Shown here: piece by piece, positions 42,982 to 53,969 of the stretch
Layout: every line of letters begins with the position of its first letter
Position numbering within the stretch: position 1 is the stretch's first letter
NCBI GenBank assembly: GCA_949358305.1
Contig: OX442314.1
Location: forward strand, 3,720,001-3,784,000
Source of the DNA: Strigamia acuminata
Taxonomy: Eukaryota
Reading direction: 5' to 3'
DNA length: 64,000 nucleotides
Position numbers and translations under genes: made by a program
The notes under the pieces: model-generated
What the model was told of the DNA's origin: nothing
Seen by the model: the letters and a program-made list of their open reading frames with translations, nothing else
Databases searched by the model: none

Positions 42982-45900
42982 TGTGGTGATCTCAAATATT
43001 TCACCAACTTAGAAGATAAATTAATTGTGTCTTCTAATTAATTTGACTGTGGCACACGCCAAGTCAGATCATGTGACGAAGGGGAGGAAACTTCCCTAGG
43101 CACATATCACCCCAGGTTGGCTGGGGTGAAAACGGTAATTAACCGTTATGGTGCAATATTGGGCAATAATCCTTTGTTGCACCAGTTTCAGCTAATTGCG
43201 CAGATTATCTGCGCAATATTGAAGCGTGCCGGGCTCGCGCCCTAGCTTCAATCGGGACTCTTGACTAAATACACAAACCACAAACATCACTGCTTTTTCC
43301 TCCTCTGAATTAGTATTGATAGTGGACCGTGTATTCCAAGTTTCACCAGCTTGCTTTGTAAAACGTACAAAGCCAGCTATCCTGCTTGAATTAGCCGTCG
43401 CTAATTCCAGCAATCGAACCGAGAAGTTTCCCGAAGTGACGTGAACCATCGCCGTCGCAGCAGCGCGAACTGTTGCCACCGCCATCGAACGCCAGTCGGA
43501 CGCCCGTGACCGTGAACCACCGCCGCCGAGCCGTCGTACGAGTTACGGAAGGACCCACGAGAACCATCGTCGCCAGGACCATCGTTCGTGAGTCGTATTA
43601 CGAAGACATTTTGTCTTCGAAACAACTTCCAGTTGTCAAGCGCCATCGCCGCGCTTTGTAGCTTGCAACAGTCGTTGCAAGCCCTTCCTTTGTTTTCCCG
43701 CTCATTATTTTGCGACATTGTCGCTTCGTATTACTTTCTTTCATTACTAGTCATTGTATAAAACCGAATAAAGAATATAAAGTGTGATTTTCATCTAATA
43801 AAACTGTCTCTTTATTTCTTTCTAATTAAATTAACCCTAGATAATTTACGGCCGCCGATTGTAAGTCTTTATAAGCATTCACCTGCGGTTTCCACTTGAT
43901 TTAATAGAAATTAAGTGTGAAAAAACCCGGATCGCAGCACGTGGGGGCCCGTCCGGGATATATTTCAATTGTATAAATTTTTGTCAGTTAAAATTTACCC
44001 GCCATTTTTATCTTGCTTGTCTTTCTTATCTTTCCTTTCTCTGTCTTCATTGAAAAATGGCGACACCAAGTGAAAAGAGACCACGAGGACGACCAGCGAA
44101 GAAACGATTGGCGATCGAATTACAAGTCGTGGATCCTGAAGTTCCAGCGATTGAAGAACAGTTTGAAGCTATGGATCAAACTGTGAGCGTGAACGACGGC
44201 ACGCCATGTTTGGAAGAACAAACGTCGCAACCGTTTAACGGCCAGTCGAATTTAAATATTCCGACTGGAAGCGGCTATTCCAAGCAACATAAAGATGATT
44301 TGAACGCGTCAACGCAAGTTCAATCATCTAGTGCCGAACATTCGATGCACTCATCACCTTTGCCGCTGCAAGGTAGAGAACCGCCCGACTCGGAGGTTTC
44401 TTCTTCTCCGATGCGTGTCACAATGATGGACGCACTTCGTGTGAAAGCTAAGCTCGCCGGAGTGGAAGTCATCGATGAGATGACAGTGGAAGAACTCCAC
44501 CAGGCAATGGTTGAAAAACATAGCCAAAAAGCAGTCGAAACGCTCAAGACTAGCTTGCAAATCGAGTTCGAAAGGCAACATGCTGCGTTACAACAGCAAA
44601 ATGCAGAACTTAAGCGACAACGTGCACACGATCATGTACAGTTGCTAAACTTCGAGCAGGAAAAGGCTTCATGGCTAATAACTGACGAAGAGCATCAAAA
44701 GATGCAACAGCAGCTAAATCAAGCCCAGAAAGATTTAGAGACTGCTAATGAGAATTTGAGAATTGCAAATTCCAATCTCATGACTGCCGAATTAAATTCA
44801 CAAGCTAAACAGAAGCAAGTTAACCCTTCTTCTCAACAGCTAGATCAATGTTCAGTAGAACAGGCAGCCAGAGCTAAGAGATTAGCTCAGCGAGAAAATG
44901 AATTATTTCTCGCTCAACAGCGGTCAGTAATTGACGCTGGTCAAAATGCTAGAAGTCTGAGCACTGCAGAGCAATTATTGCGTGCCGACTTAGCAGCCCA
45001 AGCTCGTGAAAACGAAATTCTTCGTGCCGATTTATTAAAAGCACAGGAAGAATTCGAGGAAGTTGTGCAACGTGTGCAAGCTACCTCAAGTGATTCGATG
45101 TTTGCAAAACCAAACCCAGTTTTGCAAAAAGGTGCTCCAAAATCACCTTCGTTGATTAATTTGAATTCAACTGAGTCGAAGCTCAGTCGCCAGTCCAGTT
45201 GGACCGATAGTGATGACTCGCGAAGTAGTCGTAGCAGCCGTGGCAGTCGTCATGGTCGCAAGAAGCGAAAACGACGACCGGACCCGACCGAATATCATCC
45301 GCCGAAAGCTTCGCAGAATACGGACCAGTTCTTTAGCAACAGTGACCGATTACTCGGAATGTTGGCTGACAAGAACAAACAGCGTGAGGAATCACGTGAT
45401 CATGGCCGAGCACATGATAATCCGCGAGATGGCTTGTCCAAACGTGGATGTCCCGAAGACATTCGAGACGGACCAAGATATCGTGGAGGTCCACCAGACG
45501 GAGATCCGCCTGGAGGGGACGACCCACATGGACATGGCAATGGCCACTCAGGTGGCCACAATTCGAATGGCAATCATGGTAGAAGGGGACCACCAGATGG
45601 AGATCGTGGTCCGCCCAACGACAACGATCCTCCTGACCCCGATCCGCCGCCAAATTTTGCGAATCACGAGTCAGCGTCCGATACTGACTCCCCACACCCA
45701 AGTGTGAGAGGGCGCTCGCGTCACAGAACGCGTGGTAGAAGCCCGAACCAAGCTTTTTATACGAAAACTGAGATTGACCAACTTTTGCGACAGAATGTCG
45801 GCAATCAGCAAAAGGACAGAAGAGATAAAGTCATTTTGCAAAAAATCAGCGAGTTCACATCCGACAAGTGGACTCATAGAGCGAACGATGAGAGATTTAT

Positions 45901-46334
45901 TCGATGGGATCGAGTAGTCCCTCGTGCCTATAATGGATCCTGGCGAGCAGGGTCCAATTTCTTACTAGAAGTATTTGAATTAGGCAAAGAGCACAATTTC
46001 GGTTGTGAAAGCGCTCTAGACCATCTAGTACCAAAAATGCTAGTCGGAGACGTCAAAGAATGGTTTCGTCGTCGAAACTTCACGAAGTGGGATGACTTCG
46101 TTACTAAATTTATGTTTAAATTTGGAGAATCGAGCGAAGACATCAAAATGCTTTGGAGAAGCTTAAAGCAACGAAAAGGCGAAAGCTTACATTCGTACAT
46201 GCTTAGGGCAGAGAATCTGCTTGGCAGGGTGCCTCATGAAGTAACCGATGCAACTGCCGACGATCAGTTTCGTGCTGGTCTCAACGAATATTCAAAAAAT
46301 ATTCTAATGATGTCTAACGCACCAGACCCTGGGA
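42982..46334 (+). mobile_element. 5' part of a Gypsy retrotransposon: LTR 42982-43939, tRNA-Pro PBS 43942-43959, gag; interrupted at 46335
   Basis: LTR matches the solo LTR at 26470. TGGGGGCCCGTCCGGGAT is the tRNA-Pro complement with one mismatch. Confidence 0.9.
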
Positions 46335-46339
46335 TGTGA
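44057..46339 (+). CDS. Large Gag (coiled coil, G/P/D-rich linker, capsid-like domain), 3'-truncated by insertion
   Basis: The C-terminal domain (YNGSWRAGSNFL...KEWF...WDDFVTKF...LKQRKGESL) aligns with the Gag at 61918-63999 (FDGSWKAGDRFL...REWY...WDDFLVRF...LRQAPGETL). Confidence 0.85.
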   Translation: MATPSEKRPRGRPAKKRLAIELQVVDPEVPAIEEQFEAMDQTVSVNDGTPCLEEQTSQPFNGQSNLNIPTGSGYSKQHKDDLNASTQVQSSSAEHSMHSSPLPLQGREPPDSEVSSSPMRVTMMDALRVKAKLAGVEVIDEMTVEELHQAMVEKHSQKAVETLKTSLQIEFERQHAALQQQNAELKRQRAHDHVQLLNFEQEKASWLITDEEHQKMQQQLNQAQKDLETANENLRIANSNLMTAELNSQAKQKQVNPSSQQLDQCSVEQAARAKRLAQRENELFLAQQRSVIDAGQNARSLSTAEQLLRADLAAQARENEILRADLLKAQEEFEEVVQRVQATSSDSMFAKPNPVLQKGAPKSPSLINLNSTESKLSRQSSWTDSDDSRSSRSSRGSRHGRKKRKRRPDPTEYHPPKASQNTDQFFSNSDRLLGMLADKNKQREESRDHGRAHDNPRDGLSKRGCPEDIRDGPRYRGGPPDGDPPGGDDPHGHGNGHSGGHNSNGNHGRRGPPDGDRGPPNDNDPPDPDPPPNFANHESASDTDSPHPSVRGRSRHRTRGRSPNQAFYTKTEIDQLLRQNVGNQQKDRRDKVILQKISEFTSDKWTHRANDERFIRWDRVVPRAYNGSWRAGSNFLLEVFELGKEHNFGCESALDHLVPKMLVGDVKEWFRRRNFTKWDDFVTKFMFKFGESSEDIKMLWRSLKQRKGESLHSYMLRAENLLGRVPHEVTDATADDQFRAGLNEYSKNILMMSNAPDPGM

Positions 46340-48235
46340 CGGTTTTTAATGGCTATAAATGCCTATTTTCTATAGAAAAGCGCTGTTGTGTCATTATGAC
46401 GGTATTTTTACAGTATTCTGTGTAAAACGGATATAATTCCTAAATAAAGCTATTTATGAGGTTTCCATGATAAAAGATGATGTATTAATTAGTATTAATA
46501 ACATTCCTACATGATATCAAGATATCACGACCAAATCACGATGATTCGTCTACTAAAACCGCATTTGTCAATGCGCAATGTTGTCGCCAGATGGCGCGAT
46601 CACGATTTAGCGGTAAATTCAAGATATGAATATAAAACATGTAAATAAATATAAAACTATATTTACTAGAACGAAACGAAGCTTTGTGAACATTAATATA
46701 AAGATATATTAATGTCTTTTGATGTTAAATACATTATAACTTCCATTTTCTGCGGGATAGAACATTTGGTGATCAATCGATCAACCGATCGATCTGATTG
46801 GTGGATCCATTTCCGGCCCTGGGTATCCAGTTCCGGTTGTGGTGAGAATTAGCATAATGCTCCTCCGTATCCACTTCCGGTGATACGGGATTGGAGGGAT
46901 TCGTGGAACCCATGTTCCAATTGGATGACTGGATTAATCCTTAATCCAGTCAGGTTATATAAACCCAAACAATCGGCCATTCCGGAGCTCTGTTTGATTA
47001 TTTTCTGTTTGGTATTGTTACTTAAGAAATATGATTCGTTGTTCACGTAAAAAACCTTTTGGTTCTTTGTTGATTTATTCGCAAAGAACCGTTGCATGAT
47101 TCTACAGAATCATGCCACCGCCGGCAATTGAAGTCGAAGTGCTGGGATTATTATGTTGCATAAATGTTACAGTCTACGGTTGCGACGCCGAAGGAGAACC
47201 CGCCGTTGTGCAATTCAGTATCCTCCGGACAGGACCAAGTTGTCTTTTTCGGTATGAACGTATTCCGTTACCACGAGTAGCATCGGTATTGTTGAGAATT
47301 GGTTCCTTCACCTGATGGTGCCAAAGCAGTCTGTTTTACAGTAACCACGAGTAGCACCAAGTGTTTGGCAAGCTGATTCTCATGGTATTCGATGCCAAAG
47401 TAGTCGGTCTATTATTAGTACCGCGAGAGATAAAACTGCTGTGCGGAGCCGCGAGCTATCGACCCCTGTGTACGTGGTGCCGTCAATCGCTAGACGAACG
47501 ACCGTGCTGCGACGCCGGGGACGCTTGATACCGTTCTGCATGGCAAGGCGTATATTCTAATCGATGGCAATTGTGTGTTGCGACGGGAAGCTTAATCTTC
47601 ATTTTATTTATAACAGCAAAACTTAAACTCGACAACCAGTTGGACCAAAATCAAGTCAGAAGACTTAATCTCATATTGAACTCAATATAACCGATAAGTT
47701 GACGACAACTTATTCCCGAAATATCTAAATAAGAATTCACAACGATATGAATTAAATATAATTCATAAGTGGAATATTGATAAGTAAATGAATACATTTA
47801 CTTACACCAATATCCTCCCAAAGTTGTGGCGGTGCAGACAAAGTCAACCGCAATGCTCAGATCATTCGATTTATCGACGTGCGATAGTTCACACAGCGAA
47901 CCAAGGAAACCAGCGAAGCCGTATCGGACTCCAGGACACAGCCATCCGGCTTAAGATGACATCTATAATCAGGTCGAGCGATGGGGAAACCGCTCCCATA
48001 TTCCAGACCCGTAGTGATATTATTCTAGGGCCAGTTGGCCAATTCTTTGTATAGTTTAATAGCTGATTTAACTTGCCAAATGTCGGCATTAGTCCTATGT
48101 ATAATTTAGCCTTGATATTATTGTTTACCAACAATAAACTGTCTTGTATTTATCTCGTATTGTATTCACTGTTTATTTATTGCGATCTCTTCCCGGTACC
48201 ATTGTTAAATGGGAGTTGTGGTCGTCACCGTCACA
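46335..48235 (+). mobile_element. 1.9-kb LTR of an element inserted into the gag above
   Basis: Perfect 8-bp terminal inverted repeat TGTGACGG...CCGTCACA, followed after 2 nt by a PBS. Confidence 0.8.
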
Positions 48236-48237
48236 CG

Positions 48238-48255
48238 TGGAGGTCCCACCGAGAT
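48238..48255 (+). promoter_or_regulatory. PBS, tRNA-Gln (second copy at 48473-48490)
   Basis: TGGAGGTCCCACCGAGAT is the complement of the tRNA-Gln 3' end. Confidence 0.85.
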
Positions 48256-51200
48256 TAGGTTGCAATTAAATTCGATTGAATTGCAACAGTGAATATTGGA
48301 GATAAATATTTAACTAAAAGATTTAAGTTAAAAATAGACAGATTAAATTTTCAGTTTATATTTCCATGTGAAGAAGTTAAACTGATGAAATAGAAATACG
48401 TAGTAGATTTTCCTTCATTATTTTCGTTTGAAGATTTTAGGGATTTCAAAGACTACCACCTAATCTCACACGTGGAGGTCCCACCGAGATTAGGTTGCAA
48501 TTAAATTCGATTGAATTGCAACAGTGAATATTGGAGATAAATATTGAACTAAAAAATTTTAGTTAAAACAGACAAATAGATTTTCAGTTTATATTTTCAT
48601 GTGAAAAGTTAAACTGACGAAATGGAAACGTTTAGTGAACTCTCTTTACTATTTTCGTTCGACAATTTAAGGAATACGAAGTATTTTAAATAAGAAATCA
48701 AAAAAAAAGTTTCGAGTGAAATAAGAATACAGATATTTTTTTCGAAGTTTGTTTTATTTCGAAAAGCTAAAAACATACAAGTTTAGAAGGCGGACTTCTT
48801 ACGAATTTATCTTTCCACCTGAAAAGTTAAAACGAAGAAAACACCGCAACTATTTGGAAATATTTACAAGAAATTAAGTTTCTTGTAACTGTACGTCGAC
48901 ACCGATAGCCAGCGACCACGCGCCATAGCAATACGCGTCGATCTCCGTATCAAACGCAGCAGGGAAGCTACTCAAACCTTCAACGCAAGGTGCGAACGAA
49001 TGCTTGGAAATTATGGCGGACAACAGATAAAAGACAGCGGAGAAATGTTACAGAAGGTTCGTAGAGATTTATTTAAGTGTCGCGAACTAATTTTTCCACT
49101 GCCATCGGTACCAAAGATAATTTAGTTGTTGGAGAAAAACAACACACTCCATTTCGCAGAAAAGATTTGCAAATCGAAATGAATATTACCTTTATTTGAA
49201 GGAATTAACTATTTTCACAAAAAGTACATTTTTTCCTTCGGGACAATGGAAATTAAGAAAATATAAAATGGCGGCGAATGAAGTTGCCGACCACGTAGAA
49301 TAGTATTTTTTACATTGAAAGTTACGAATCACGATAAACGCTTTCCCTCGGAAAAGTAAAAGGATTTCATTCAATCTTTCCTTTCGGAAATTTAACAGTG
49401 TTTTAAGTTTCCAACGATATTTGGGTCTCCCAAATTTTGAGAATTTCTAAATGAAATTTAGCTGTTTGAAAAACAACGAATATTTTTAGTAATCTAATCG
49501 GACATTTTCCCACATGATTTCTTAAAACCGGAATAACAAATCCATTTGTGGCTATGAACTTTGCCACATGAAATATTTACGGAGCGAATATTTTTTAATT
49601 GGATTGAAGCTTTAAAATCAGATAGCTGATTTAAACGAAGAAAATAAGTTTCAAAGTAATTATTTTTCTTTCGGAAAAATCAAATAAATCACCGCTGATG
49701 AAAAGTTGTATTTTTCCATTCGAAAAAACTAAGAATTGCACAAGATTTATCTTCTATTTTGAACATAGATTTTATTCGGAAAAGGAAAGATTCTAGATAC
49801 ATTATTTTTCTCTAAAAATTAAGAATTTAGTCAATTTTCCTAAAGGTTAATGGAATGTCATCATATATTTCGTTCGTAATTTACGTGTTAAAGTTTAATC
49901 AGAAAAACGATTGAATATGTTTTATTTGCGATAAGTAAAAGAAAGGTTCTTTAAAAATGGAATTTCGATGCAAATCCCACAGTAAAGGGAATGTTATGTG
50001 TGAGCAATTAACGAAAAGTTGGAATAACTTCATTTTATTTCATTCAAAAGTAGTTGTGAAAAATCAATTTCAAATATTTTTCAAAGAAAAATTATTTTTA
50101 TCGGAAAAAAGTAATTTACATGTCCTCGCGCGGACCGAGTAGTAAACTGCTTAATTGTGACATCGATACTGTTATTGTGTCACGTGTTATACGGAATTCC
50201 AAACCAGTGAATTACGAATTTTGGCGCGATAGGAATAGAAGTTTGACAGTGAAAGTTCTCCAGATTTGCCTTTTCATTTGAAAAGTTCAAATTGAGGAAA
50301 TGCTGCAGCAGATGAAGGTATTTACGACAATTGAGATTTAAATATTCTTTCATTCAAAAGATAAAAGATCTCTGCAAAAACATCTCGTTATTAGAGATAA
50401 GGGGGACGAAAATTATTAAAACGAATAATCAAAGACACGTCCTTCGTAAATATCGCAAAGGAATAACTAATTGTGAAAACAATTGTCCGCTCAGGAAAAG
50501 TGGAATTTAGCTAGATATTTTCTTTCGAAAAATCAAAGCAATTGTCATCAAAAAAGAAAGATTTGATGAATAATTTTTACCCAAAAGTCTAAAGGATTGT
50601 CGAATAGTTTTCTCCCGAAAAACAAGTACACATTTGTACCAATAACTTTATCGTTTAAAGTAAAATTTCGAATATTTTCTTTTGGAAGATTAGAGAATTA
50701 GATAATTTTTCTCGCAAAACAAATTTAAAGAATTTTAACGAATTTTTATTTGTTAAAAAAATTTGTTAAAAAAGGGGGAGATGGATGGTGAAAATTTATT
50801 TTTTCACACTCGAAAAATGGAATTTAAACCCGAAAAAGTAAAGACTTGGTCAAATTATTCTTCCTATTGGAAATGAATACACAATGTTGGGAATCGAAAA
50901 TAGATTTCAATTACAAAGGAATGATTATTTGAACGATAATTGAATAAGAATAAGAAAAATTGAGAGTTTGAGAAAACTTTATTAAAACTGTGGTTGTAAT
51001 GATATTACACACTAAACGGAATAATCAAAGAAAAATATTTTTTGAAGAAAAGTTATTTAATTATTTGGATTGGTAAAAATCCCAAAGTTCAAGAAGATTG
51101 AAGTAAGTTTATTTTATTTTCATTTGAAAAATACAATATTTTACGAATGTCTTCCCGAAGGAATTTTATTTTATCGGTAAAATTGAATCTCGAAGGGAAC

Positions 51201-51265
51201 GGACTTAGTAGAGAACTACTAAATAGATGTAACGTCCTTTATACCATTGGCCGACACTAACATCC

Positions 51266-51345
51266 GCCAATCAGAAGTTGGGAGATCTAGGGATCCCCAG
51301 CCCCCTGCTATTAAAGGAGGACCAGATCAGATACTGATCATTCGC
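51266..51345 (+). promoter_or_regulatory. Pol II core promoter-like module (CCAAT, TATTAAA at 51309, Inr TCATT at 51338)
   Basis: The TATA-like box starts 31 nt upstream of the Inr A (51340), upstream of ORF 51586. Confidence 0.5.
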
Positions 51346-51585
51346 ATCCAGACCAGACCAGACGACGTGTTCCAGAGTCATCTTGACCACGCCGTCCCGA
51401 TTTCAGTCACGATTCGAATTTTGTGTGCCGTGTAACCTGCAAAAGCTAACACGTGTCAAACAAACGCGAAGTTTAATTTTATTTTGTCAAAAGTAAAGTT
51501 TAGAAGTGTTTCTTGTTGAAAAGTGTATTATATTCGTCTTCTTTATAAATTAAAGAATTAAAATCGTCAGATTTTGAATTTTTTT

Positions 51586-52971
51586 ATGGCTCAAAAACCA
51601 TTGAATATGATCGATCCAAAAGGAAATAATAAGCAGACAAACTTAAATTTAAGTTCTGTACCACTTGGCGATCAAACAGAAAAGATTCCCGATCATTTTA
51701 CTCTGTATTGTAATCGTCATGGACTGGATAAAACCAAGTTTAAAAATATAATCGAAGCTTCAGACTATGTAAAAGCTAGGAACTGGCGAGATCGTACCCA
51801 ATCTCAATCTTCACATCAAGATCCAGTACGGAATCCACAAACATACAGCCGAAACTTAGTGAATCAAGATTCTCATACTATGTTTCAAACATCCAGTAGG
51901 GGATCTAAGTTAGAAAAGTTTAAACCACCTAATTCGGTAGATAAGGGGGAAGAGAATTATAAACCTAATAATTCTCATCCAGAGAGTTCGTTAACTAACC
52001 AGTCGGTTGTTCAGAACAAATTAAAACTCGTTTACAATCGAGATCAGCTAATTTCAGTTCGATATGCTAATCCAGCTGAAGCACAACGATATGTGGCTAG
52101 CCTTAATCTGTCGATTAACCTACCGTTATCAAAAGAATTGGGAACCGTAAACAAAAGTTTTGGGCCACCAATATCAACACAAAAGAAAGATGTTCGAGCT
52201 GTAAACAAACGTTTGCTGTCGCCGAATCCCTGCGATGGATTTACAACTTCGTTTTCCAATCCCACGAAAAAGAAGAGTAGTTTGCATACTCCAAACAAAC
52301 GTTTGCAGTCAAATAACTTACAACAACGTGCCCGATCGCCAATCACAAACTCATGTTTGCGGACGAATGATTTGTCTACCAAGAAGAGTCCCCAGCCAAG
52401 ACAATTCTACCTAACACCCATTTCAAATCGGAAAAGGTTCAAACAAACTCTTTTTCCCTTGGAAAAGTATTACCAACACGATACGAGTACAAAAACAATA
52501 GTTTCAACTACTCAAATAAGAGGACCGTTCGATGGAACGTCTCAGGAAAAGAATACTTTCATCACAAAACCGAAAGTTGAAAAAGTCTTGCTCAGTCGGT
52601 TTAATACTAGTTCAACCAGCAATGAGACCAACAAATATAAATATGGTGAGACTGGCTTACACCATTCTGTTCCTGAAGCTACAAATTCACAAGAGGCCAC
52701 CTTCACTTATGTCAGGAAATGTTTTCATTGTAAACAACCGGGACATACCAAACAAGATTGTCCCACATGGTCTAAACGAAAATTTAATGACCAACGTAAA
52801 AATTTTGATTATTCAAATGTGTCAAAAGACTCATTTAAACGACCCCGACAAAATTGGGTCACCACCGAAGTATTAGAACAACGGTTTACGGAAATGGAAA
52901 ACAGAATAACTGCAGTTATTAATAAGTCTATGTCCGACTTATTTGAGAAGCTTTCTCAACACAAAATGTAA
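51586..52971 (+). CDS. Basic S/T/N/K-rich protein with one CCHC zinc knuckle (461 aa from ATG), probably retroelement-encoded
   Basis: Intact ORF in AT-rich DNA; CFHCKQPGHTKQDC; C-terminal coiled-coil-like segment; no capsid motif recognised. Confidence 0.7.
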   Translation: MAQKPLNMIDPKGNNKQTNLNLSSVPLGDQTEKIPDHFTLYCNRHGLDKTKFKNIIEASDYVKARNWRDRTQSQSSHQDPVRNPQTYSRNLVNQDSHTMFQTSSRGSKLEKFKPPNSVDKGEENYKPNNSHPESSLTNQSVVQNKLKLVYNRDQLISVRYANPAEAQRYVASLNLSINLPLSKELGTVNKSFGPPISTQKKDVRAVNKRLLSPNPCDGFTTSFSNPTKKKSSLHTPNKRLQSNNLQQRARSPITNSCLRTNDLSTKKSPQPRQFYLTPISNRKRFKQTLFPLEKYYQHDTSTKTIVSTTQIRGPFDGTSQEKNTFITKPKVEKVLLSRFNTSSTSNETNKYKYGETGLHHSVPEATNSQEATFTYVRKCFHCKQPGHTKQDCPTWSKRKFNDQRKNFDYSNVSKDSFKRPRQNWVTTEVLEQRFTEMENRITAVINKSMSDLFEKLSQHKM

Positions 52972-53969
52972 GATCAAAAGATTTCCCGATTTCAGAGTAA
53001 CAGAAAAATCCTTTCTCTATAAATCATGACCTCGTTTTCTAAAGAAAAGGGGAACAAAATATAAAAGTTAGAATTAACAAAATTTTGAAAGGTAATGCTA
53101 CATTATGTCGCGTCCTACTTGGTATAGGTTTAAATAGCGCTAACGTGTAATACTTTACCTGTGATCAATTATGTAAATACCCAAATGAATACCAAATGTA
53201 TGTAAATAAACAGGTAATTTATTCACCAGGCTTTATGCCTTTAAAATACACTCAGTAATAATTCTAGAGTCGACGTGGTCAGCGTCGAACAAAGGATTTC
53301 TCAAGATGGCGTCGTCGATTCCGCGTGGTCGGCGGAACAAAGGCGGCGTCTCGAGTTGTCGTTAATTCGTCACGGATTCGTCTTCACGGACGCGGTGGAA
53401 TGCTCTTTCGAGTCTTCTATCCGTGCCTGTTGTCTAGGGTTTGTTTAGCGTCGCAGAGGCCTCGTCTAGGAACTTTGGGGTTCCCTACAAAGCACTCGGA
53501 CACTTACTTCGGCGAATAATCGTCTGGGCGATTATTCTGGGTGATTTCACAAGGGCTATTCTCGTGCTTTCGCAGGAATAGCTCGCAAGTGACTTCGTGA
53601 GAGTTACAGTTTGCACTTTACTCAGCGATCCTCGATCAATCCTAACTTGTAGTTGAAGTTGGCCTGACGGTGAGGTAGTTGCTGTGTTCTTGGTGTCGTT
53701 TGTGTAAGTTCTGACTTTAGGCGGGAAACACAGCCTTTTATGCAGTGGGGTGAAGGGCCGGCGATCAACCAATGGGGGCTGACCATCAGCCGCTTCCTCC
53801 CCCTCGGGGCACACACCTGCCATGGGGAGGTGGAGCCAACTCGGGGGGGAACGACTCTTCAATCACAGTGACTCAGAGGACAAGCATCCGCCCTGGGGGG
53901 ACACTTATCCAACTGGGTCACCACACGTCCCTCCTCCAGCTTCGATCTCGGATCGGAGCGATCTCAATT

